Of a stretch of 32,427 nt of DNA, positions 8,479 through 23,388 are shown piece by piece; the stretch's first letter is position 1, and every line of letters begins with the position of its first letter. A program made the position numbers and the translations under genes. A model generated the notes under the pieces. The model saw nothing but the letters and a program-made list of their open reading frames with translations. It made no database searches and had not been told where the DNA came from. This stretch comes from Tubiluchus corallicola (taxonomy: Eukaryota; Animalia; Priapulida). Location: positions 1 to 32,427 of the forward strand of contig JAQGDQ010001617.1 of NCBI GenBank assembly GCA_030141605.1, written 5' to 3'.

Positions 8479-10469
8479 GGGGTAAGAAGGAGGTAACAAC
8501 AGATCACGTAGTTATCTATATATGCCCTAAATATTATAATTTTTAGTAGCATCTGTGATTTCAATTTAAGTAATTTTAAAATACAGACTTTGTCGAGTTG
8601 CAAATGAGATACAAGAGATGTGTAAGATGTGTCATTGTTATTACAACTGTACGTATTACAGTTATTGCGGTTTTAAGAGTACAACAATTATATTTGCTTA
8701 ATTGCAACTTGCTGTTGTTTTGTAAAACTTAATCAGCGTCGGCGATAATTAAATTTGAAGAAAGGTGTTAATTTGCTGCTGATATGCTTCTGTAAACGCG
8801 CGTTTTACTGCAGACTAGTAGTTTTTTACCCGCCAGCCGTTAGGTGGCGCAGTGTATCACACGTTCACATGCTGCGGGCAGAGTGAGTTCTAGGATTACA
8901 GTGTTATTCTCCGAGGTTAGTATACGATTAATTAAATTTAATTAGAATTACTAATTAGAATGACTAGGCTGCGTTCAACGTCAGTCAAACGTGAAGAATG
9001 TTTTATGGCAGAACATGAAACCGAACGCAAAAATGATGTAGCTATATAATGTGATATTTCATTGCCATTATTTAGCTATTTATTTTGTTATTCTTTATTA
9101 GAGCTACTAGACTTTGTTTGTCCTAAATCATATAAATCAATTTACTAATAAAACAAATAAAACTATCATAAAACTTACTTTATGCAAAAATAAAAAGAGA
9201 AAGTAGTTAGAAATATTTACATAAACGACAAACATTAAAATTTCATTTCAATAGACAAAAAAATTTTGAGCATATAGAACCATCACCATGGTAAATTACA
9301 TTTGTTAAGAAATCGTGTTGAACAGTGTGTTGTCAAATTTCATGTTCAAACTTTCTTTAATTTCCAAGAAATAATTTCTAGGTGACCACGATGCCAACAT
9401 TTTCAGGTTGTTATTAGAAATAGGGTAATAACAGGGTCTTTAGACACATGCTGCTTAAATTGTTCTGGACAGAAGGCATTTGCGCACCTTCTGCAAGGGT
9501 TCATGAAAAAACCGTTATCACTAAGTAGCCATTAAGTTATATTGGATCATTTTTATTGGTTTCTAGTCTTCACACAATGTATTTTCATGCAAAAGTGTAT
9601 GAGAATGTACTTGCTTACAGGTAAGTCAAATTAAAAATTGATTTTTAACGAACAAATTGAAAAAAACTTGCAGTAATTGCAGTGCCTGCAGTGCTACAAT
9701 AAACAGCATCATTGTGTGGAACCGGATAATGCAGCAAATTTTAACTACAATTACAATATATGTTCGATATTAATACACTTTTGCCTCAAATCTACCCTGT
9801 TTTTATTTTACCTGGAATAGCAACAAAACACTGCACAGCTAGGACTGTAGTATGTAGGCTTTCAATAAATTAGTGTGCACGATCACGTAAGTGTACACCA
9901 AACTAAGCTTTTCAATAGGCTATGTTGGAGTGCCGGAAAAAGACGTGTTTTTCTTTAATTTTATCCAATTAAATCACTTATAAATGTCTAAAAAATAGGT
10001 TGACTGGATATTCTTCCGAACACAACTGTAATCACTCTTAGTTATGTCCGTGCAAAAGACTCGTGGCTCTTAGAAGTCCACATTATTTTCCATTTTTTTG
10101 ACTGACCGTTAAGACAGAATGCTGGAAGACATATGAAATTTGAAGTAAGTGTATGGAGTGCGAAATAATTACATTATAAGTAAGTATCTCAATAATAATG
10201 ATACTAAAAACGTAGACAGCTGATGTATGAATAAGAGAAGGAAAGTTATTGGTTAAAACTCTAAATATGGTAACAGAACTGATGCATTAAATGATATTGC
10301 ATTAAAGTTGCGTCACAATAAACAGTATTAAAATATTTGTTTAGCGCTAGGGCCAAGTAAAGTGTTGCAATAGCCTCGCTTGAATTCACTATTCACGACG
10401 CAGCCGCAATTTATTTTCCAGGCAAACCGAGCACGAATACGCTATAATGCGCGAAAATTCTCAGCACGA

Positions 10470-10752
10470 AGAATAATTAACTTCTCACAGAAACGAAATT
10501 TTCACTTTTTGAATGGAATCACACATTTTGCATTCAGAATCTCTTACTGCCCTTAATATTATCACAAAAAACTTTAGTTGCAGTTTCATAGCAAATGTCA
10601 TAGCAGGATTGCACGGTAAATGATTTGAACTGTCTCATTCAAGGAGATATGAAAGGCTGATTCCTATGAAAGTGATAGGAATTTGTCATGGTGAAATGCC
10701 AGAGGGTAGATTTAGCAACTGCTTAGCTCCGCCCAACGTTCACTAGAAATTT
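10470..10752 (+). repeat. Dispersed repeat, diverged copy A (pairs with 24568-24812)
   Basis: Collinear shared blocks: AGAATAA, AAATTTTCACTTTT, AATCACACATTTTGCA, ATAGCA(G/A)GA(T/C)TGCA, TGTCTCAT, CTCCGCC, CACTAGAAAT. Confidence 0.65.
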
Positions 10753-10767
10753 TCCATCAAGAACGCC

Positions 10768-10950
10768 CGCAAAAACTGCGCAAAGATCGCGCAAAAACTG
10801 CGCAAAGATCGCGCAAAAACTGCGCAAAGATCGCGCAAAAACTGTGCAAAGATCGCGCAAAAACTCCGGAAAGATCGCGCAAAAACTCCGGAAAGATCGC
10901 GCAAAAACTGCGCAAAGATCGCGCAAAAACTGCGCAAAGATCGCGCAAAA
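10768..10950. repeat. 22-bp minisatellite (CGCAAAAACTGCGCAAAGATCG) x ~8.3
   Basis: Near-perfect tandem units made of two related 11-mers; two adjacent units share the variant CTCCGGAAAG. Confidence 0.97.
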
Positions 10951-11759
10951 CTTATTCGTTTAGCGAATTTATTAGCTGTACTAGTTTAGTGCAGAGTCAT
11001 TACAACCTTAAGAAAAAAAAGAGATATTTTATTAACTAAATATCAGCAATAACTGACAATAGATTTTCTTCTGATTATTTTATGTATTTTTTAAGAAAAA
11101 CTTTTATTTCTTCACTCTACAAATCATTAAAATCTATGCTGTTTCAAAACTTTTCATATCGTTTTTTTAAAGCTTGGCGTGTAAGGTTAGCCTGCTTAGA
11201 CCTGTTCTACGACCACAAAGTTGGTATGCTAACATTTGGCAAAATTATTTTGAAAACGCAAAACACAAAAAAGCAAACCATTTGAGAGGTGCTGCTCTGA
11301 CACAAAGGAGAAGCTTAATTATAAATCTTTTGATGTATAAGAGACTCTGTAATTGCGGAAAAATCCAAACTGAAATTTGTTATAATATTTCGAAAGTTTA
11401 TGAATAAGAAATCACACTAGTTTTTGCAAATGCCATAAAAAAGTGTTACAATTTTGAAAAAATCTTTAAGCTCATTTTCATTGTTTCTGTCTACATTGCT
11501 GAATCATCTTCTAGTTTCAGTTCAGTCATTATCGTACCTTATTTTTTCACATTGAAAGTTTGTTATTGTGAAATTTTTTCACCTTCGTATAATTTTGCTG
11601 TTTTCTGAAAAAGGTAAAATTTTTGACAATGAAATATTTCAATTCGGCATCCCTGTCGAAGATTGTAAATATTAATTTTACGTTAATAAACCACAACAAC
11701 TACTATTACTATATGAGCTGCTACGGATAGAGCTGACAATCTACAGATAACGAAAGCTT

Positions 11760-12242
11760 TAATCTTCAACAATTTGAAATTTATAATCCTGTCGGCAGAT
11801 TTTCTAAAATAACAAATTGCGGACCAATCATGATACGCTCTCTCTGCACACAGAGAACAGCCCGATGGTTATTAAAATCTCCTAAAGTATTTCTCCTGAG
11901 ATTCAGTTCACGCCCTGCACACAAAGAAAGATTATAGCTTTCAACAAATTTATCTGAAATTTAATATTGACTAAAACGAAGTGAAAATAATAACACCGAC
12001 TTTTGAAGTTTATAATCGTTGCGCCAAATTCCGCAAAACATTAAATTGCAGACATCTTGAGATGCGCTCTCTCTGCACACAAAAGAACAGCTTATTTATA
12101 ATCCTTTTTAAGTATTTACCTGAGTGGTGGGTTAACTCCCTGCCGACAAAGAAAGATTTTAATCCCCAATAATTGTGTCTGGAATTTAATAACGATTGAT
12201 AAGCTGATAATAATAATGAATCTTTTTGAAGTGTTTACCTGA
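11760..12242 (+). repeat. Diverged ~228-bp tandem duplication of a dispersed repeat family
   Basis: AAATTGC(G/A)GAC...CGCTCTCTCTGCACACA..GAACAGC...CCTGAG...ACAAAGAAAGATT...CTG(A/G)AATTTAATA occurs at ~11815-11970 and ~12043-12200, and again at 26138-26290. Confidence 0.8.
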
Positions 12243-13255
12243 GATGAACTTACCGTGTGCATAACAGTCAAGTGCAGTTAAAATCAGCAGTCTACAGAAA
12301 TTAAGAAGCATTGTTACAAGGCAGCATAAACTGTTTTCATATTATTTCCGTTGCCAGATGGCAGCACCGTGCAACGTGTGATGAACTTACCGTGCGCACA
12401 ACAGTCAAGTGCAGTTAAAATCAGCAGTCTACAGAAATTAAGAAGCATTGTTACAAGGCAGCATAAACTGTTTTCATATTATTTCCGTTGCCAGATGGCA
12501 GCACCGTGCAACGTGTGATGAACTTACCGTGCGCACAACAGTCAAGTGCAGTTAAAATCAGCAGTCTACAGAAATTAAGAAGCATTGTTACAAGGCAGCA
12601 TAAACTGTTTTCATATTATTTCCGTTGCCAGATGGCAGCACCGTGCAACGTGTGATGAACTTACCGTGTGCATAACGGTCAAGTGCAGTTAAAATCAGCA
12701 GCCTACAGAAATTAAGAAGCATTGTTACAAGGCATCATAAGCTGTTTTCATTTTATTTCCGTTGCTAGGTGGCAGCGCAGTGCAGTCTCTGGTGGACTTT
12801 GTGTGCGTATAACAGTCAAAAGCTTTTAAAACCAGTACTCCACAGAAATTAGGATGCTTAAGTTACAGGGCAGCATAAGCAGTTGCCATATTATTTTTGT
12901 TGCTAGATGGCAGCACAGTGTAGGCTCTGGTTTGCTTGTCGTGTGCTCAGCTGGCTGATGCATTTAAAAGCAGCACTCTACAAAAATGATAAAGCTTTGT
13001 TATATTGCAACATAAACTGTTTTCTTATTATTTTCGTGCCAGATAGATGCACCATGCAAGGTGTGATGGGCTTACTGCACGCACAACAGCCGATGCATTT
13101 GAAAGCATTACTCTAAAAAAATTATGAAGCTTTGTTATGTAAGCTGTTTCCATATTGTATTCATTGCCAGATGGCAGCACAGTGTTGGTTCACATGGTCT
13201 TGCTGTGCACAAAACAGTCGGATGCATTCAAAACCAGCAGCTCTCGCAAATAATT
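12243..13255 (+). repeat. 137-bp satellite-like tandem array, ~7.5 units
   Basis: GATGAACTTACCGTG... starts at 12243, 12380, 12517 and 12654 (period 137, nearly identical). More diverged units start at ~12791, ~12929 and ~13065, with a partial unit at ~13192. Confidence 0.95.
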
Positions 13256-13332
13256 TGCCAGCTAGCAAAACAAAGTAACAAAGGTTTTTGCTTTGTAAAG
13301 GCCTTAAAATCAAGATAAAGCAAACTTGAAGA

Positions 13333-14391
13333 TGTAATGACCCAGATTAAATCTTAGAGTCGTACTTTAACTTGCAGATAAACATTAAGCTTTATTTTCG
13401 TATTTTGACACCAGCTTTTCTTTACTTATGTTCACTAAGTGTAAATTGATTCTAGATTGTTACAATCAACTAGCTAGTAGTATTTGTTAGTTTAGGGAAG
13501 GTTAGTCCCCCCCCCGGGGTTGGGTTGAACGTGTAACTGTACGTTTGTGCATTTAAGCGGATTGAAGCCAAACGCATAGATTTCTGTACGTTCATGACAC
13601 AGATTTCACCGACACGAGATATTCAACTTGAGTTTGGTTGGTTAAACTGCGTTTTTACGTTTTACCAGATTGTCCATTAGCCGACGTTTGAAAAGCTAAT
13701 GATCTATTTGTGGTGGTGGAAGATGTCCACTCATTGGTTTATATGGCTTGGCTGATCTTAACATGCCGGGAAAATGTCGTTTCGGATCATGTGAGAGCAC
13801 CGTCGTGCAGTTGGAAAGGTGCCCAGCTCGATAGTCCATCACATGGGACGGAGAATTCGTCTCCGCCCAGGTAGGAACTTTATGCCAATAAACGTGCGCA
13901 TGTGTGCCTACAGCTCCGTTAACAAGTCACCCTTTTGATAGACTTATGTTAAACATTTGACTACGTTTCTCTCAGACTTTTTGCGTCGTTACTGTGGGAG
14001 TCATGAACCCGTTTGATGAAGTGTGAACCATACTTTAGTCGTTCTGAAGGACTATGACCACAAACTACACGTGTCTGGAGAATATATTATGCTAGCGTAC
14101 GCATTTTGGGGTGGCTGGTATGGTAAGTAGGAACCCTTTAAATAGTTAGGAACACTGTATGATTTTTGTATGTTTTGTCATTGCATTTATTTCATGCCAT
14201 GCTGTTTAGTAGCGTTTTCAGATTTACTTTTGCATATTAATAATTTCCATTGTTTGCAGATAGCTAAATTTAATGACTGTTTGATATTTTTATTGCGTCA
14301 TTAAACTTAATATCTTGTTACTTCTTTGACTGCTGACAGTTTGATTTTTGAGGTATAGTTAAAAAGCCAGTTTTTCATTCATCACACCACA
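13333..14391. mobile_element. Candidate solo LTR (~1.06 kb)
   Basis: Begins TGTAATGA, ends CACACCACA, flanked by GAAGA/AAAGA (4 of 5 match). Interior is non-coding and CpG-richer than the flanks. Weak. Confidence 0.3.
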
Positions 14392-15299
14392 AAAGAATCC
14401 ATGCTATCTAGGTAGAGCCCCCGTAGAGTCTGCCTACGCTCAGCTACTGTCTGTTTTCTCTAGTGGGCAGTCGGTTAGTACTCCTAGCTCGGCCAAGGAA
14501 CTGATCGATCTTAGCAGTGACTACCATTAATTGGCCCCTATGGTCTGCCCCTGTATGCAAGGGCCATTACAGAAGATACCTGAATTGCGCACAACCTTTT
14601 GCAGATTTAAGATTATTTTGTTACAAGCTGCGTTTTAAACTTTGCAATTACGACCTACTTTTCCATACATGCGCCAGCCGAACTAACAGTGCAATTATAA
14701 AAACTGCTGTTTAGCTATTTTTAGGCTTGTATTGTTTACGTCTGACTGCTTTAGCATCAATTATTAGAGGTCAATAAACTCATTTCGTGAAAAAAGTAAA
14801 ATTTCTGCTTTTGTGGTGGTATTGTTACATCTTACCTAGGTGCTTCGTGTAATACTTGGGCTATAAACTGAATGCAAAAATGACTTTTGCAAAGACCAAA
14901 ATGAACAAAGTTTGAACAAAAATAAACATGAAACGCTTAAATCGCATTTTGAACAAAAACATGTCAAAGTTACTAAAGAGATTAATTGATTGCTGATATT
15001 TTTGTCTTTTAAAAACACAGTGTTAATTGCTCTAATTCTCTACCCTCCTCTAATTCGTTCTAAAGTCATTCTTTTATTTTGAACACTGAATGGTTAATTG
15101 TTTTTGCGTTCGTCTTGTATGAAACACAATCAGAAAGGAAGTTCTAATGTTCCTAGATCAAGCACATCCTTTTTTGTCTGCTAATGATTTTCTAGCGCTT
15201 TAAATAAAATGGTTAAAATGGTTTTATTTAGTTTAGTAATTAACAGTATGATACGAAATGTATGTAGATTTTTCAAAATAATTTCATTTCAAAGCCTTT

Positions 15300-17060
<1,761 letters not shown>

Positions 17061-19739
17061 TAGCTAAGCAGAGAGAACAAGTGAGAGAAGAGGGGCTTGG
17101 AAGGAGATAACGAGAGAGAACTGAACAGAGAGAGAGAAATCGAAGGCTTTGTCCCACTGTAATAGAGATGTAAAAATTAAAAACGTAACCTTCTTTGCTA
17201 AATATCTTTCTGGGAAATGCTTTTTCTGTGAAACGATTTTGAAGGAAAAAAGTTTCCTCAGAAAAAGTTTTCCAGATAAAAAATTCTAACAAATTTCTTT
17301 CTGGGAAGTTTTTTTTCTGGCAAGCGGTTTTCTCCAAAAAATACAGGGAGACCCTGAGCAACTGACTTAAACTACCAGGTGTTGAATATTTTTGTTTGTT
17401 AAATAACCAAAAGAGTTTGTTCTAACAATATAACTAATAATAATTAGAGGTGCTTTTTGATTAGATTACTTTCCTGTTCTTGCCTGTAAGGCAGTGACAT
17501 CTGGCTTCAATATTACCATCCTAGTTTTAAAAACCTGTCATTCAAGTTCAATGTATTCAAAGCAGTGATGACGTGTTGACAAATTTTCTGTATATCTCGC
17601 GATTTGATGCCAAAAATATTTTGTTATTAAATAAAACTTTCTGATTAATTTGTTTATTTGTTTGTTTATGGTTCTTTTTTCACCAGGTAGCTTTTCTCCT
17701 CACGGTCTACACCTTGCTGATTACACCCAGTTCTGCCTGACACTTTTAGATTTCTCTGACTTCAACATGGTAGCACAGCATAATTCAATGTATCTACTAA
17801 TTAAACTTTTATTGATGTAGACACAATAAAACAGAAACCAAAAGTCATAGCACAAAACGATTTATTATGTTCATTAAACAATTGTGGGTCTGTCATGCTA
17901 GTTAATGATATACAACACATAGTTTGTGAACAATGCTGAACATCAAATTTGTATTGTCTTTTTATGCAAAGCACAAAGTCCCATATAAAATCAAAAAAGA
18001 TTTCGATTGCAAGCTTTTGCACATACTTACAGATGCTTTACTCAATCTGACAACGTGAAATACACTAATCACTGAAGCAACAGTGTAACTCAGTGTTTCT
18101 TGCAGGCCTTTTAAAATTAATTGATCATTAACCATAATCATCAGTTTTTCTTTTTTAGATTAGTGACACTCAACAATGATTATTTGCTCTCAGGATGCAC
18201 GTATGTCGATTTCAGTCAATTTCAAACAGTTTTGGACTTTTTCTCATTCTCTTGGCTTATCAATATAATTATGGCATAACTTGTGACATCTCGTATTAAG
18301 TTCCAAAGAACAGAACTGTCAGCTATAGCTTCCATCGATTTTCTTAGAGCTGCTTCTACATGAAATATTTTGCTATCAATTCCATCTTTCTTTACGGCTT
18401 TCCAGCAAATTGCAAATGATGTCGGTTGATGCATGTCTTTAATTGATTTCTATACACTGTATACATACTCAACATAATCATCTGTCTCACAAAGTCTGTT
18501 ATATTTCAGAGTTAACTGATTTTTTGCAACATTGCACATGATTCATAGAGGTGTTGAAGGAATAAGACTAATTTTAAATGCCATGTCGTAGTTCCGGCTT
18601 TTTAGACGTTTCCATCATTGCAGCGAGACACATTTGGCAGTAAAGGTTAAATGTTTCGGGTTTTAACGTGACTTTTAGAACTTTTTGAAGCTCCACTGAA
18701 GGTCACCAATAATAACCTGTAAATAAAGAAATTAAAAATTTAAAAAATAAAATATTTTTTAACTTTCAAAACATTTCAATTTTTGTCAATTTTTGTCATT
18801 ATATTGCCTTGCTTGTGTGAAAATATTTCGACTGTTACTAAGGGTGTTGTCAAATATTGTTCTCTCAGCTGTATATTATTTGAAGTAATAAGTTAAAAAA
18901 TATTGTCTGCCTATTGTACATTCTCTGTCAAGTACAATGATGGGCTGTCTTAGTTTTCAAGCTAGGCAATTAAAACTCAGCTTGAAGCACCTAAAATGTG
19001 AGTAAAATTAAGAAATTAAAACACTGATTTTGTACAGTATACAATTTCAAACAAAAACAGCTTTACTACTATTTTGTTCATTCTGTTTGAAATAGAATTA
19101 GACATTTTTATTTTATCAAGTACACAATTTACAAAGTAAAAATAATAATTACAATCAGTATGAGTATGAATTTAATAAAAAATGTGTCACTAGAAGTGTA
19201 TGAGAAAGGGTAGCAAGGAGACATCAAATAAACTACTATTCTCAGATAAAATTAATGAAAAATTTAAGACAGCAAAAAAAGAGAAATAATAAATAAGTGC
19301 TAATTAAAAATATGACAACAGAACATAGAAAAAAATATAATAATAACAATCAATATACTAAGAATATAGACAATTAAAGAAAAAAATTGAGAAAAAACAA
19401 ATCGACTTTGTTTCAAGAGCAACATGGGTAGCACCAATTAACGAAATGATTAAAATAAGTAATATGTATCAATAAGAACAATATGCAGCCAAATATGGAA
19501 GAATAAGCAACAAAACAAACATAAAAAAACAGCATGATTATACAACAGTTACAATTGAAGAACTGTATTTTTTAATTATGAGTCTGCATTTGCATTTTCC
19601 TTCTTAGCTGTGAAAAGAAAAACAAATGAAAAACACAGTGCAATGCAAAACCATGTTAAAACAAAGTTATAACGGATTAATGAAAACAGAAATAATGAAT
19701 ATAATTAGCAAAAGGTCATCTAATAGTGAGAGCTCAGAT

Positions 19740-20960
19740 ACTTATCTATGTAGCTAAGAATAAGTATAGACTCATATTTGTGCATTATGTAACTATAGGT
19801 TCCATTTTTAAGCTCTGCAGGTACGCTGTTTCAAAGCAAAACAATTTTGAGTCTAGAGATTTTTTCCTTTCATAGTGGGTACACAGTATGTCTGATTAGA
19901 AACAAAACTTGTTTAATACTCGCGAAGATTGTTGAAACGCATTGAATACTTCACTATGGCATTAGAGGGGTTGCATACTCGTTGTTTGCTAATTACCATA
20001 AGGGTCGAACTCAAGTAGTCAAACGTAACAATGTCATTTCCAATGAAGCAATAGTCACACATAGATACCTCAGGGATCTATTTTGGAACTTCTGTTGTTT
20101 TCATTATACAATAATGACTTACAAAACTGTATTACTAACAATGGAAAGATGCCAATTTGCTGATGACACAAGAATTTTCTTCAAGATCAACAACAAGCTA
20201 CTGGACACTAACATCATTAATAGTAAAATTACAGCCTGGTTTATAATCAATAAATTAGCATTAAAAAAAAACTAAATATATTTTATTCAGAGCTCGTAAC
20301 AAACCTATAAATATGAACTGTATTATAAAAATTTATGGTGGTGCTGTAGAACAAATAAACGAAATCAAGTTGTTAGATGTTATCTTAAATGAACACTTTG
20401 ATTGGAAACCACACTTAAATACAATTATTTCTAAAATTGCTCAAAACATCAGGTTAATCAGTCGAGTTAAACATTGTATTGCTAAAGAACATCTTATCAT
20501 ATTTTACAATTGTCTAGTACTGACATTTTTAATCTACTGTAATATACTTTGGGGGCACAACTACCATTCATCTCTTTTTGAATTAAACTCTCTACAATGA
20601 AGTTCATGAGACTGATATCTGATTTGTACAAGCGTGACTATGTTGGTTTAATCTTTTTAAGAAATATTCTTTCTTAGTGCTAAATGATCTAATATATCTG
20701 AATTCCGCTACTTACCTCTACAAAACCAAACATAAACTATTTCTTTTTAAACCCATTATCCATTAACTTAAGACATTACTCAACCAGATCTAGTGAATTT
20801 CTTTACTTTAGTACTGCAGGACTGATGTGGCAAGGCACATCACCACTAACACTAACCCTAGACTTTGGAATAGCATCAACAAATACATAAAAAAATTGTT
20901 TATTTATAAATAACAAGAATTGAAATTTTCAAAGTAAAATCTTTTCTAATTATATATAAT
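19740..20960 (+). mobile_element. Decayed CR1/L2/Crack-group LINE, RT and C-terminal remnant
   Basis: ORF 19982..20275 (NY..GRTQVV, QFADDTRIF, WFIINKLAL), a frameshifted PQGSILE motif at ~20068-20090, and ORF 20313..20600 (IKLLDVILNEHFDWKPHLNTIISKIAQNI, FYNCLV..FLIYCNILWG) match the usual RT-thumb/C-terminal pattern of this group. Boundaries approximate. Confidence 0.85.
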
Positions 20961-21149
20961 AAATAAATTTGGCTTACTACACTGCTGTCCCTGTTGGAAT
21001 CCATCAAATTGCTGGCTATGTCGATTTTTGTATTTCTATGGTTCGCGTTACTTCATACAGATACCATAATATATTTCTCTTTCTCTCTATTCTCTATTAA
21101 CTTTCCGTTTCTATTCCTTTGCTGCTTTTCTCTACTTCACTCAATCGAC

Positions 21150-21620
21150 AGTCACTAAGAGTGCTCCCAACAAGTAACTAATTCTTGAGTACCCCAAGGG
21201 TCATTTGCAGCTTGGCATCTTGTGTACATAATAATCAATATGTTATTAAATTCTTTAAGTGCAATGCTGTAATGATCGTTGTGGATGTATTTCATAAATA
21301 ATAAATAAAAAATAAAATGTATAAGATGAGACACAGGATGATTGTAGTTTAGCAATAAATCGAAAAGCCTGTGGTGATTGAACATAAAAATTTTGTCAGT
21401 TCTAGCTGATGCATGTTCTTCAGTTTTATGATTATAATTGATAATAAATCGGTGTTTACACGGAATTTTTAATATTATTCGATATAAGTTTGATAAACTT
21501 AGTTTTATCATTAATCAATGAATGCAAGGTGGATGTTTGTGCTGAATCCATAGATACGTATGCTGTACTACAAATAGGGTGAATTATAATGAATAATATA
21601 ATAGCATCTTAGCATCATGA
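21150..21620 (+). mobile_element. Very old LINE RT fragment
   Basis: TCT TGA GTA CCC CAA GGG TCA (~21184-21203) = S*VPQGS, the SGVPQGS RT motif with a nonsense change; a weak IIDNK-like motif lies downstream. Confidence 0.4.
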
Positions 21621-21918
21621 TTGAGGTAAATGCATCTGATTTTAGGAACGATGCCAATTATTTAAATTTTTACTAATAATATGTTTTATATGTGATTTCA
21701 GCGAATGCTTAGAATTGATAGGGATGAATTGTGCCTAAAAATTGATTCCATTGTTAAATTTAATGCCTTGTTTTTTACTTTTGGTATAATTTATAGAGTG
21801 CATCCAAATGTTCAAATGTACAAAAGAAAAAAAAGGACTGGACAGTCTGTTTCCAGAAAAATAGTTTTTTCCAGAAACAGGAAAAGCAAGGTTAGGGTTT
21901 TATGGAAGTATTTTGGGG

Positions 21919-22622
21919 CATAATTTAACATTTTCTTTTCTTTCGCTGATTTACGTTTGTATTAGTGACGTCATGTAGTGGTAGATTTAAAATGAAAACA
22001 AACAAAAATTTCCTTCAGTACGATAAATACACAAAATTGCTGTAAAGCAGTATAAAATTTTAAGGCAATTTTCTGAAACCTGTGTGACAGTCTGCTACAA
22101 CAGTCTACCATTTTTCCTACTAGAGGGCAGTAGCTGCCCGCCTGAGTAGATAGTCATACCTGGCAATACCTGTGCAGATTAGGTAAAGAAATTTGTTCTG
22201 TTCAAATGGCAGTGAACTGCACAATTTCTATTCAGTTGGTTAGCTTATAGCACGTTTACGATTCTTATCTTGGTGGGACTAATGGAGACTTCAGTCATGG
22301 AAGTTGTTATATTGTAAGTCATGGTACTATTGGAGCTGGGTTACTCGGGTTATATGGGAACATCCTGCAAATCCTCTACTCGAGTAGTTACAGATCAACA
22401 AGGCTAAATGATATCAACGTTGGCTATAGAGGCAACAAGTGCAAGAAGAGCAACTAAGGCAACTGATTATTTCCCATAAAAAGCACAAGAAACCCTCCAC
22501 TTACATAAAATTTTTGTGACATAATTTAACATTTCCTTTTCTTCCCCTGATTTACGTTTGTGTAGTGACTTCAGGTAATCGCACCGTCTGTACAGTATTG
22601 CGGGTGATTTAAAATGAAAACA
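21919..22622 (+). repeat. Pair of diverged ~80-100-bp direct repeats (21919-22000 and 22521-22622)
   Basis: Both read CATAATTTAACATTT.CTTTTCTT.C.CTGATTTACGTTTGT..TAGTGAC.TCA.GTA...GATTTAAAATGAAAACA. Confidence 0.75.
22083..22362. mobile_element. Candidate solo LTR (~280 bp)
   Basis: TGTGACAG...GGGAACA flanked by ACCTG/TCCTG (4 of 5 match); CTCF-like CTACTAGAGGGCAG near the start. Weak. Confidence 0.3.
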
Positions 22623-23388
22623 CGGTGCATGAAGTGAAGGGTTGGTAATGATATTGGGAACAAATCTAAATACTTAATAACTGATAATTACCATAATTAT
22701 GGCACCGGCAGGCACTGGGAAGTGAATATCCAATCAGTGCTCTATAGCATACGGCATAAAAACATTTAAGCTGATCAATGATCTCATTATAGCTAGCTTT
22801 GTTCATATTTGTAAAGAACTACATCTATCGTAAACCTGTAGTAGTATATTGGGTAGCCTAAATATAAAACTCTCCAGAATACAGGAGATTGGGTCTCGAA
22901 GTCAGGCGAGAAAGCAAAAAAATTAAGAAATATATCTACAGCCTCTGAGTTTAGCTACTTGAGTTTTACAAAACACACTAATTCTGTTGTAAAACCAAAT
23001 AAAATTCTTTAGATCCAAGTTATCGCATCTTAAAAGAATCCTTCGTCGGGGTACATAAGATCTATTGGGTAGATCTCGAATCATTTCAAATTAGCCATAT
23101 GTTTCTTAGAATACGAACTAAATCACTAAAAAATGCTTGAAACAATGATCTAGCTTGAGCTGCAAAAACAGTAGTTAGTTGGAAATGATTTCACCTTTGA
23201 TATTAAGTACTAAATAAATACTCATCATTGATTTGGTTAGTTAACCAGCCACTTATTTAAGCAGTTAGTCAATCAATGATTAATTTTTTGCTTGAGTGAG
23301 TGAGTAAAGAAATTAAATGGAAACAAAAGAACAAGAGAACAAATGACGTGTATAAGTAAAACAAATGCTTACTATCAAGTCAACTTAT

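Noticed and set aside
8010-8603. ORFs with poly-ER or poly-LS tracts, and likewise 16768-17361
   Set aside because: Translations of (GA)n microsatellites.
10723-10948. Three overlapping repetitive ORFs
   Set aside because: Stop-free translation of the 22-bp minisatellite in all three minus frames.
12243-13255. CRISPR array (also considered for 10768-10950 and 27228-27460)
   Set aside because: Whole units are repeated with no unique spacers; no cas genes; eukaryotic context.
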